IMG/VR virus record: IMGVR_UViG_3300045988_161046
Location: 37,807 to 101,806 of that record
Strand: one strand, 5' to 3'
Origin: a virus
DNA: 64,000 nucleotides
Both the position numbers and the translations under genes were made by a program. Under the pieces are notes generated by a model that saw only the letters and a program-made list of their open reading frames with translations, made no database searches and had not been told where the DNA came from. Positions 53,536 through 61,741 of this stretch are shown here, piece by piece (positions within the stretch are counted from its first letter, which is position 1; each line of letters begins with the position of its first letter).

Positions 53536-55134
53536 CTAGAGGAGACCATTTTCTCTCTTGTACTCCTCGATAGCTTTCTTTGAACCTACTGGGTCGGCTG
53601 GATTCCAGGTTGGGTAGCCTGTCTTTGCGGTTTCTACCTTTGCGCCCTCACCGTTGTTCTGAGGTGCGGCACCCTGCGCTGGCTCCTCACCTGGGTTCTC
53701 GTTCAGCTCGGCAATCTGAGCGTCCTTGTCGGCGATGGTCTGCTGGGCAGTCGCGAGTGAAGCCTGGGCAGTCTTCAACTCCTCATCTGCCTTTGCCTTC
53801 TCCTCATCGGCCTTAGCCTTTGCCTCTTTCAGGTTCTTGATTTCCTCGTCCTTCTGGGCGATGGTTTCAGCGAGTGCGTCGTGCTTTGCCTGAAGGTCAG
53901 CAAGATTCTGCTCTGCTGTGGTGGCTTTCTGCTTGGCATCAGCCACAGCCTGCTCCTGCGATGCGAGATGAGCTTCGAGGGTATCGAGCAACGGGGCATT
54001 CATGAATGCGCCTTCCTCCTTTACCTCAATCTGCTGACCATCCTGCATACCGCAAGCGGCATTGATCTTTGAATAATTTGCCATATTGATTGATTTTTGT
54101 GAAATAGTATGTTGATGATTTTCTTGTACAATAGATGCAGATGCCTGCTCCGGCTCGTTCTCTTCCGGTTCAGGCTTTTGGATAGAAGCCTCTCGATTGA
54201 TAGGCTCGGCTGTGCCGTTGTAGAGAGCGAAGCAACGCTGAACGCACCCCATAAAGGTAGACTGGTCGTCCATAAGGATTCCCTTTACGTCTTCAGCATT
54301 GAATACCTTACCTTTCAGGTGAACATCCTCGATAGCGTTAGGACAGGCTTTCTTCACATCGGCTCTGAACTCCACGCCCAACTCGGAAAGCTCTTTGATA
54401 AGCTCCTTGTTGTCATTCTTGTTGGCGATGTCACGGTAAGCCTTATTCTTGTCGAAAGACTCTGGATCGTACTCCTCGTGATAAGTCTCATCGGTATATT
54501 TATCCTTTGAGCCATTAGCCAAAGTATAGAAGGCAGCCATCACGCCGATGCAACCAACCTGGTCTTTCGGATTCAAGTAATATCGCTCATCGCAAAGAGA
54601 AGCGAGATACATACCTGCACTGGCACACATTCCATCTACCAGGGCGATGACCTTCTGACCCTTGGAGTGGGCATAGTCGATAGCAAGTGCATAATCGTTT
54701 TTAGCCCAAGCCGAACCGCCAGGAGTATTAATGATAAAAAGATGACCTCGGCAAAGCGGATGGTCAGCTGCACGCATCATCATATCGCGATGGTCGATAG
54801 AACCATAAGAGCAATATCCACCATTTCGAGTGATAGGACCATCTACGGTGAGAACCGAAACAAACGGGAAGTTCTGTGCCCGCTCATCCTCCTCCGGATA
54901 GTCGAGCTGATAGTTAGCTCTCACCTGCTTGCCATCCTCGGAAATCTGATATTCCTCCGGATAGTAGGTGTTGCCTTCAGCATCCTCCGCAGTGACGAAT
55001 CCACAAGTCCTTTCCGGTTTGGTAAACTCTGTGTGAGTATTTAGGTTCTGCTCAATCGATTTACGAATGCCATGCACGAAATCGGGGTTCACCATCCACT
55101 TCTTCTCGGTCAGAATTTCATAAAGACCTTTCAT
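53536..55134 (-). CDS. S49 (SppA/ClpP-like) prohead protease fused to a coiled-coil scaffold region
   Basis: LFIINTPGGSAWAKND...VDGMCASAGMYLASL; C-terminal Ala/Lys/Glu-rich coiled coil. Confidence 0.7.
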   Translation of the reverse strand: MKGLYEILTEKKWMVNPDFVHGIRKSIEQNLNTHTEFTKPERTCGFVTAEDAEGNTYYPEEYQISEDGKQVRANYQLDYPEEDERAQNFPFVSVLTVDGPITRNGGYCSYGSIDHRDMMMRAADHPLCRGHLFIINTPGGSAWAKNDYALAIDYAHSKGQKVIALVDGMCASAGMYLASLCDERYYLNPKDQVGCIGVMAAFYTLANGSKDKYTDETYHEEYDPESFDKNKAYRDIANKNDNKELIKELSELGVEFRADVKKACPNAIEDVHLKGKVFNAEDVKGILMDDQSTFMGCVQRCFALYNGTAEPINREASIQKPEPEENEPEQASASIVQENHQHTISQKSINMANYSKINAACGMQDGQQIEVKEEGAFMNAPLLDTLEAHLASQEQAVADAKQKATTAEQNLADLQAKHDALAETIAQKDEEIKNLKEAKAKADEEKAKADEELKTAQASLATAQQTIADKDAQIAELNENPGEEPAQGAAPQNNGEGAKVETAKTGYPTWNPADPVGSKKAIEEYKRENGLL

Positions 55135-55236
55135 GTGGGTAATAAATTTTTAAAAATAAATGTATGTTATCGTTATCCTGAATACAAATCTCCTTACCTT
55201 ATTTAGCAAAAGAAGACCTTTCAATATTTCTGACGG

Positions 55237-55273
55237 CAAAGGTAAAGGAAATACATGGGCATATAGGGACAAA
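55237..55273 (-). promoter_or_regulatory. Class-II promoter (TTTGTCCC, 25-nt gap, TACCTTTG)
   Basis: About 100 nt upstream of ATG 55134. Confidence 0.55.
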
Positions 55274-55276
55274 ATA

Positions 55277-55297
55277 AAGGTAAAAAGGTAAAAAAAC
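55277..55297 (-). repeat. Class-B array B8
   Basis: aaaggtaaaaaggtaaaaaaac. Confidence 0.7.
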
Positions 55298-55302
55298 AAA
55301 AA

Positions 55303-55330
55303 GCCCTGCGATCCTCACGGACAGCAGGGC
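55303..55330 (-). terminator. conserved-loop intrinsic terminator T4
   Basis: Minus sense gccctgc-TGTCCGTGAGGATC-gcagggc then ttttt. Confidence 0.65.
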
Positions 55331-55415
55331 TAAAATTAATATAAAATTTCGATACTTATGAATTATATGTTTTCAAAAACTAGAAGATAATTAAGTACTA
55401 TAAATTTATGATTGA

Positions 55416-55904
55416 TTAAGCAATCGTTATCGGAATAAACTCTGACATCGCCTGACAGGTAGCCGTGATGCTGCGGGTCTCAGCATCCATCTGGATAGTT
55501 ACCGATGGAGCGATACTGAAGGTACCAGGTATCGTATGGCACAGATAAAGTGAATCATCCTGCTTACGCAAGACTATATAATAGTCCTTTCCGTGCATAT
55601 TCTTGATGATTTCGGGCATATTCGCCTTGCCATCACTGATATTGGCGGTAATCTCGAACTTGAAGACGGTACCATTGCCTCCCTCTGAAGAGGTCTCTTT
55701 GGCAGTAATGCTGTCAGATATTACATAATTGTCGCCTTCGCTGGTGGCAAGATGGAGTGCTTCGCCGGCAAACTTGCAGCCATTCATATTCAATATCAGC
55801 GGTATGCTGAAGGGGATAGGAACGGAACTTTCCCTTACGGCATAAAAATAAGCATCGGTTACTCCATCCAGAAATAACTCTCTGCAACTATCAGGTAACT
55901 TCAT
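55416..55904 (-). CDS. hypothetical protein
   Basis: ORF track. Confidence 0.6.
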   Translation of the reverse strand: MKLPDSCRELFLDGVTDAYFYAVRESSVPIPFSIPLILNMNGCKFAGEALHLATSEGDNYVISDSITAKETSSEGGNGTVFKFEITANISDGKANMPEIIKNMHGKDYYIVLRKQDDSLYLCHTIPGTFSIAPSVTIQMDAETRSITATCQAMSEFIPITIA

Positions 55905-55978
55905 ATCTTTTCCTTGATTTAGCTATTATTTAGCTTTTGTTTATATATAAATTAACACCTATTATACAAGATGTAAAA

Positions 55979-56767
55979 TCATAGCCACTGCACTTCGTCG
56001 ATGCGGTTAGGCTTGTCACGACTATCTTTATATTGCATATCCACACAGGAATAGCTCTTGAAGAAGCAATGCTCCGTGCGGAACCATCTGCCGATGATTC
56101 GGCGCAATACGTCTTTCTCTTCCTCGCTGACTTCTATACCGTAGCGCATTAAATAACGCTCCAGCATGGCGTTATGGGAACGGGCGATAACCCTTCCTTT
56201 GGAGGTACAGAAGTCGAAGGTGGAGAGTGCCCATTCTACCAGACTGCGCTTGAAATCATTGTTCAATGAGACCGCCAGGGCCCGCATGCCGTTCGTATCG
56301 AGTGTAAAGGTAGGCTTTACCGGATAAACAGTATCGACAACTTCTACCTCGCTCGGCAAGCGGATGCAGAGATAATCATCGTGTGAACCCTTGCCATCGG
56401 TAAGGCGGCCATTGAGCTGCTGAACTTCCTGGAAGGTGAGCCAGCTTCCGACATCACGGCGCATCATTACCTTGCCTCCGGCAGGATGCCTACCCGTGAG
56501 CATATTGCACCATTGCTGCTGCGAGAAACAGCCGAGGTCAATACGGTTGCTTTTCGCAGGGGCGCTAATAAGCGAATTGCGCATGATGAACTGCTCGTGT
56601 GAGTAGTTGCTGAACACCACCGGCTCATCCTTTGCCAGGGTGAACTTAGGGTCGCGGTGCCGGAAAAACTGGCAGCGGGATGTGGGGAGACGGAGATAGA
56701 TATTTGGCACCTTTTCTAATTTATAATTTATAGTTGATAGGGCAGGCTTGCTAAAAGAACCTAGCAA
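55979..56767 (-). CDS. hypothetical protein
   Basis: ORF track; start uncertain because the first codons overlap Class-A copy 9. Confidence 0.55.
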   Translation of the reverse strand: MLGSFSKPALSTINYKLEKVPNIYLRLPTSRCQFFRHRDPKFTLAKDEPVVFSNYSHEQFIMRNSLISAPAKSNRIDLGCFSQQQWCNMLTGRHPAGGKVMMRRDVGSWLTFQEVQQLNGRLTDGKGSHDDYLCIRLPSEVEVVDTVYPVKPTFTLDTNGMRALAVSLNNDFKRSLVEWALSTFDFCTSKGRVIARSHNAMLERYLMRYGIEVSEEEKDVLRRIIGRWFRTEHCFFKSYSCVDMQYKDSRDKPNRIDEVQWL

Positions 56768-56789
56768 TGGAATTGCTGGGAACGGGGGC
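56760..56789 (+). repeat. Class-A hairpin element copy 9 (stem variant gcaat/attgc)
   Basis: cctagcaatggaattgctgggaacgggggc. Confidence 0.8.
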
Positions 56790-56834
56790 TAGATAGCGCT
56801 AGCCTTCTATCAACTATTAATTGTTAACTGTTAA

Positions 56835-57809
56835 CTATTTCATTGCGATGCCTTTCTCCATGGCGTAATGGAGCATGATGGCATCGGTGATGTAGAGAAA
56901 ATATTTCTGCATGCTGTTGCCTTCCTTCGGGCGTGGTACCAGCTTATCAAGCTTGGCAGTCTGGTCCTCGCTGAGATTAGCGATGAGTTTCATGCCGTCG
57001 ATATAGCAGCCGCCGGATTCCGTCTTGGCGATGAAACTTTCGTTGAACTTCTTGTCTTCTCCGAAGAAGAGGTTGATGGCTTCCACCATCTGATCCTGTG
57101 TGAAACCGGGAAGGGTAGGATGCAGCTTGCGGTACTTCTGCGAATAGGTCTTCATACGCTTATCCATATAGATATTGATGCTGTCGGCATACTCATAGTA
57201 GAGGGCGTAATCTTTCGATTTCTCGTCTTTCTTACGGGCAAAATCGAAGAAACCGCTCAACTGACGGAGGCTTGCCATCACGCCGTCAAACTGCTGAAAC
57301 TCACTGGCACCTTTGAAGATTTCCAGCATATCGCCCTTCACCTGGGTAAGCAGGTTTTCGAGCATTTCAGAGAGGAACGTTATCTTATCGAGATTGGTAT
57401 TCAGCTGGTCTACCTTCGCCTGTATGCCCGGACGGCTGTAGTCTACGTAGTAACGTATCAGATGGCCGAAGTTAAGGAAGTCGTAAGTTACCTCACTATG
57501 CAGATTTACCTGTACTAGCAGGTCATAGATGGAATTTGCCAGTTTGCTATCCTTATCCTGGATAGCCTTAATGAGTGATAACATCTGAGGCGAACCCTGC
57601 GGTATGCGGTTGGCAGCACGTACCAGTTCGTTTCGGTTGCGCACGGCATCGGCAAACTTCGGATCTGCGAAGAGCGTCTCCAGGGTTTTAACGTATACAT
57701 CAGCAGGCACATCCTTGAAGTTGAAGGTGTAGATGGTAGGGAGGTTTCTTATTTGCGCCTCACGCTTGGCCATCGCCTGCTGCTGGTGTTTCTTGTTTTT
57801 TGTTCCCAT
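56835..57809 (-). CDS. hypothetical protein
   Basis: ORF track. Confidence 0.6.
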   Translation of the reverse strand: MGTKNKKHQQQAMAKREAQIRNLPTIYTFNFKDVPADVYVKTLETLFADPKFADAVRNRNELVRAANRIPQGSPQMLSLIKAIQDKDSKLANSIYDLLVQVNLHSEVTYDFLNFGHLIRYYVDYSRPGIQAKVDQLNTNLDKITFLSEMLENLLTQVKGDMLEIFKGASEFQQFDGVMASLRQLSGFFDFARKKDEKSKDYALYYEYADSINIYMDKRMKTYSQKYRKLHPTLPGFTQDQMVEAINLFFGEDKKFNESFIAKTESGGCYIDGMKLIANLSEDQTAKLDKLVPRPKEGNSMQKYFLYITDAIMLHYAMEKGIAMK

Positions 57810-57832
57810 TGCTTTTTACTTTTTTTGCTTAC

Positions 57833-57864
57833 GGACCAGCGATAGAATCGCTGGGAACGGAAGC
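57833..57864 (+). repeat. Class-A hairpin element copy 10
   Basis: ggaccagcgatagaatcgctgggaacggaagc, 24 nt upstream of ATG 57809. Confidence 0.9.
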
Positions 57865-57911
57865 TCTATTTATCATAATGAGCGTTAGAGATATTGAGGA
57901 GAGGGGAGCGG

Positions 57912-58301
57912 TTATCGCTCATCGCCTTCACCGGCTATCACATGACGCTCCTTGCGGGAGGCAAGCTTTGCCAGGTTCTCCTCGGCTACTTCTTCGAGGC
58001 TTACACCCATCACATGGGCGAGTCCTGCGGTCTGCCAGAGAATATCTCCGATTTCGGAAAGCATCAGCTTGCGCTCTTCCTCGGTTACATTCCAGATTTG
58101 GGTGTGGCAGATTTTGCCATCCTCGTCACGCTCGGTGGTGGTGATATGAAGCTTGCCTTTGCGCATGTGCTTGCCAGCCTTGCTTGCAAATTCTCCTACT
58201 TCGCCACAAAGGTTGGCGAGCATATAGAAGAGGTTATCACTCTCTGAAAGGCAGGTTGTCATTGCCTTCTCCTGATATTCGTTTAATGTCATTTTTGCCA
58301 T
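57912..58301 (-). CDS. mazG: MazG-like nucleotide pyrophosphohydrolase
   Basis: LCGEVGEFASK and EIGDILWQTAGLAHVMG match the MazG EExxE / ExxD helices. Confidence 0.7.
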   Translation of the reverse strand: MAKMTLNEYQEKAMTTCLSESDNLFYMLANLCGEVGEFASKAGKHMRKGKLHITTTERDEDGKICHTQIWNVTEEERKLMLSEIGDILWQTAGLAHVMGVSLEEVAEENLAKLASRKERHVIAGEGDER

Positions 58302-58313
58302 TTTATTTCTCCT

Positions 58314-59210
58314 TTAGATTTCAAAATCTTTATCATATTCCATCATTCTCTCGGTAATGATGCGATGAATCAGATAGCCTATTTCCTTGGCGTTAGGATG
58401 CGCCTTGCCGGTACTTTCATGGAAGCGGAGGTCCAGGATATGTTTCCACTCCTTGAGGGTATAGGTATAGGCTACCACCGTATAGGTATCGAGAGGAAGA
58501 ATGCCGCGGGCATCCTGCGGCTTCATGCCCGATTTCAGCAAACGGCGATAGAGCCAGTCGGCTATCTTGCATCCAGCAAGATATAGGAACTTCTGCCATC
58601 GGGTGCCCTCATGCAGCCAATGCGGACGAGCAATCTGCACACCACCTTTCTTCTCCAGGTTCACATAGCGTGTGCTCTGCTCGCTGATACAGTTAGGCGA
58701 TGTGCGGTTCAGCTCACGGCTGGTGCTGATCTGCGTGGTAACAACCATGGTCATGCGGAGGAGATAGAGCGCCTTTTTGCAATCATACTTCAGCGCCTTC
58801 TCGATAAACTCATCTTCCTTCACCTGGTAGGGCGTGAGGAGGTTGAGAGTATCGGGATGCTCGGCCAGAAACTGCATGTTGCTGCTGATCCATACCTTTT
58901 TTTCCTGCACTGCATAGTTGATGTAGGGTGAAGCTACGAGGAGCGACCAAAGTGACCTCGGCAGTCTGTTATCATTCTTGACGAAGAAATAGATGGTGCC
59001 GTGACGGAGCATAGAGCGATGACCGCTCTCCCAGAAACGGTTAACCATCTTTACTGCCTGTTCTTCCCGAAACTCCTCTTTCTTACCTTCAGGAAGATTC
59101 TCGTCAGGCTGTTTTGCCTTACTCTTGTAGCAGATTCTGCCTACTCGGGCAATCTGTTGGGCGGCGGTCTTCTGAGGCCACCACTCAACACCAGGAATTA
59201 TCATTTTCAT
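58314..59210 (-). CDS. ThyX-like (flavin-dependent thymidylate synthase fold) protein with an atypical signature
   Basis: ESGHRSMLRHGTIYFFV and SEQSTRY fit ThyX; where canonical ThyX has RHR, my manual alignment gives LNRTSPNC. Confidence 0.55.
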   Translation of the reverse strand: MKMIIPGVEWWPQKTAAQQIARVGRICYKSKAKQPDENLPEGKKEEFREEQAVKMVNRFWESGHRSMLRHGTIYFFVKNDNRLPRSLWSLLVASPYINYAVQEKKVWISSNMQFLAEHPDTLNLLTPYQVKEDEFIEKALKYDCKKALYLLRMTMVVTTQISTSRELNRTSPNCISEQSTRYVNLEKKGGVQIARPHWLHEGTRWQKFLYLAGCKIADWLYRRLLKSGMKPQDARGILPLDTYTVVAYTYTLKEWKHILDLRFHESTGKAHPNAKEIGYLIHRIITERMMEYDKDFEI

Positions 59211-59227
59211 ATCTAAACTATCAATTA

Positions 59228-59800
59228 TTAATTATCTTTCAATGCTGCCTTTATATATTCGGAAAGTTTTGAGCTTTCCTGCTTTTCCAGACTATAGTTC
59301 GTTATCTGCAGAGACGTTGCGATTACTGACTGCATCAGAGCGTAGAGCGAAGAATTGTTGGTAATGACGTTATCAAAACTGTTTATATCCATTGTTACCC
59401 GATATTCGTCACGCTTCATTCTTTCTGGAGCGATGCCACGAGCTTTCAGAGTTTCGGGCTTGGCAGCTACGTAGATATTCACCAGTTCAATATCAGGGAA
59501 TCGCTCGCAAATATCCATGATACCTTTTTCGTCGATTACATAGATGGCGGTATCTTTTATCTGAGAAAGTTCCGTCCAATACTTATAACCTCCATACTCG
59601 GTATAGGCAAGCATTTTTTCTCTTGGGATATTGCATTCTTTCACGAAGATGTGCTCTCTGCCGTTTACCTCGCCTTCACGCATAGGTCGGGTGGTATAGG
59701 AGCAAAGGATGGGCACATGAAGTGTCATCCGCATCAGCTGGGCAACCGTATCTTTTCCGGAGCCAGCCTGACCTACTATTGCAATAATCTTCTGTTTCAT
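59228..59800 (-). CDS. guanylate-kinase-like nucleoside monophosphate kinase
   Basis: P-loop GQAGSGKDT; YTTRPMREGEVNGREHIFV matches the Gmk motif TTRxxRxGExxGxxYxFV; start moved to MKQKII (59800). Confidence 0.6.
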   Translation of the reverse strand: MKQKIIAIVGQAGSGKDTVAQLMRMTLHVPILCSYTTRPMREGEVNGREHIFVKECNIPREKMLAYTEYGGYKYWTELSQIKDTAIYVIDEKGIMDICERFPDIELVNIYVAAKPETLKARGIAPERMKRDEYRVTMDINSFDNVITNNSSLYALMQSVIATSLQITNYSLEKQESSKLSEYIKAALKDN

Positions 59801-60010
59801 ATCCTTTGTTTTGTAAAGTTTTTTATATATAAATAGAGGGATAAACGAACAACACCGAAACAATCGCAAAACATTCCCAAAACATTCATAAGACTCTCGT
59901 GAGACTCTCGCAAAATTTTTACAAAAGCGTAAAACCTTTATTATCAGTTACTTACGAAAAATATAAATTTTAACTTTCAGGATTCTGCCGAACCGATTTG
60001 TAAATTTATT

Positions 60011-60292
60011 TCATCCTCTCAAAACCTTATTTCCTGTAGGTAAAAACGTGAGGTTTCTCAGTCGTTCCAGCGAAGGATATTGCTGATTTACTCTGTCTCT
60101 GAAATCGTCCATATCGCCCATGTATACCATATATTTTCCCAATGCCATATCAAAGTTCACCGGGAACGTCATCGTGATTTGACGGAGGAATTTACCCCCC
60201 CCAATCATTACATCGAATACAACTTTCTCCCATCGCTGACCTTTCTTGTCGAGCCATGACCCCTTCGGGATTTCTACTTTTCTCTTTGCCAT
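60011..60292 (-). CDS. hypothetical protein containing a G8 tract
   Basis: ORF track; C8 at 60195-60202 encodes IGGGK. Confidence 0.5.
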   Translation of the reverse strand: MAKRKVEIPKGSWLDKKGQRWEKVVFDVMIGGGKFLRQITMTFPVNFDMALGKYMVYMGDMDDFRDRVNQQYPSLERLRNLTFLPTGNKVLRG

Positions 60293-60330
60293 AATCTTAT
60301 ATCTTTAATGTATTAAAAAGCTTTTTGTCA

Positions 60331-60419
60331 ATGTTGAGTGTTGAGTGTTGAATGTTGAATTAGGCTAGCGCCCTTGAGTCCGTCAGACAATTCAACATTC
60401 AACATTTAACATTAAACAT
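60331..60419. repeat. Class-C palindrome C4
   Basis: Arms 60331-60361 / 60389-60419; loop ggctagcgcccttgagtccgtcagac. Confidence 0.85.
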
Positions 60420-61488
60420 TCCGCTCGCGGTAAACCTGCTGCAGAATAGAGTGATATTCTCCTTCGCCCAAATTCACCTTGGCGGCGTGGATAAGGTAAT
60501 TGTAACTCACAGTGGTACTTCTGCCTAACTGCCGCCACTTCTGTGAAGCCTGGGCAGCGTTGTACTTCCGGCTGCAGGCTGAAAGCTCGTGAAACAGACG
60601 TTCGCCATAAGGGTGCGCCTTCAATGACCAACCTGCCTTCGTCCACTCATCGTAGCTTTCCGTAATGTTGATGTTTCGGCTCACTAGGGCTTTTACGATG
60701 AGTTCGATGATGCGGTCTTGCGTGCGAGGATCATTCCAGAAGGCTGAGTTATCGCTGCCGCCGTAAGCGCTGGAGGCGTTACTCTGCGGTTGCCGGTACA
60801 TCGGTCGTGCCTGCGGTATCACCTGCGGTTCGTCCATCTGCAAGCCTTGGTAAGGCTGCACATGAGTATTAATATATATATGGTCGGCATCATCCCATGA
60901 AGCGAAACGCACACGTCCGATATTGCCGCATTGCTTATCGAGCACGATGCCCAAGGCTGCATATTCCTTGAGGATAGCCTTGAACTGCTCCTTATGCCTG
61001 TCGGGATAAGCCAGCCGAACCAGTCCGAAATATCCGGTACCCGAACAGGAACGCATCAGCAAGCCTATCTCTGGACGGAAACGAGCCACCATGCGGATAT
61101 TCTCAAAGCTGGTAAGCTGCTGGTTGTCCTGAAGGTCGATGTCGATAGCGAGCCATCCGGTATGCTGCCAAAGATGGGTTTCTCTTCTTGATACCATCAC
61201 GCGCTGACCGGGATGGGTAAGGCTATCGTCTTCGTAGAGACGGAAGAGACCGCTCAATGTGGCACCGGGAAGCATCTTCTTTGTTTCGATATATTCCGGC
61301 ATCTTCTTCGCCTTGCTGCCATACTGTTGCCTCATGGCTCTCAGCTTCTCAACATACGGCTTCCATCTGTCCGTCAGACAAAACTCACGGATAGACATCT
61401 GCGTGATGCACTCGCCAGTCTCCATATCGATAAAGTCACCGTGGGCATCCGTAGCAGACTTGTAGATGGAGCATATCTCTTCAAACAT
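60412..61488 (-). CDS. primase-like protein (VirE/BT4734 N-terminal-type domain plus PriCT-2-like C-terminus)
   Basis: ...RSCSGTGYFGLVRL...GNIGRVRFASWDDADHIYIN... and ...YDEWTKAGWSLKAHPYGERLFHELSACSRKYNAAQASQKW. Confidence 0.5.
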   Translation of the reverse strand: MFEEICSIYKSATDAHGDFIDMETGECITQMSIREFCLTDRWKPYVEKLRAMRQQYGSKAKKMPEYIETKKMLPGATLSGLFRLYEDDSLTHPGQRVMVSRRETHLWQHTGWLAIDIDLQDNQQLTSFENIRMVARFRPEIGLLMRSCSGTGYFGLVRLAYPDRHKEQFKAILKEYAALGIVLDKQCGNIGRVRFASWDDADHIYINTHVQPYQGLQMDEPQVIPQARPMYRQPQSNASSAYGGSDNSAFWNDPRTQDRIIELIVKALVSRNINITESYDEWTKAGWSLKAHPYGERLFHELSACSRKYNAAQASQKWRQLGRSTTVSYNYLIHAAKVNLGEGEYHSILQQVYRERNV

Positions 61489-61521
61489 ACCTTACATATA
61501 TTATTTATTCATTTTTCGCTG

Positions 61522-61529
61522 CAAAGATA
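61522..61529 (-). promoter_or_regulatory. -7 box TATCTTTG upstream of the primase-like gene
   Basis: Exact TAnnTTTG about 35 nt upstream of ATG 61488; no clear -33. Confidence 0.4.
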
Positions 61530-61605
61530 CAAAAATAAATCGAAAATAGTATAGGTAAGCTATATAATATTTGAAATAAGTTATATTTTTAACATTTAAT
61601 ATATA

Positions 61606-61741
61606 AAAAGTAAAAAAGTAAAAGGGTAAAAAAAGCATTAGCCACCTTCTGCCTTTTCTTCTCGGACCAGCGATGGAATCACTGGGAACGGAGGCGAGAA
61701 TGGAGCCACGCAACCCCCGCCAGGCTCTTTTTACCTTTTTT
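61606..61741. repeat. composite B-A-B structure
   Basis: B arm 61606-61636, Class-A copy 61664-61695, short inverted B arm 61728-61741. Confidence 0.75.
61664..61695 (+). repeat. Class-A hairpin element copy 11
   Basis: ggaccagcgatggaatcactgggaacggaggcg. Confidence 0.85.
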
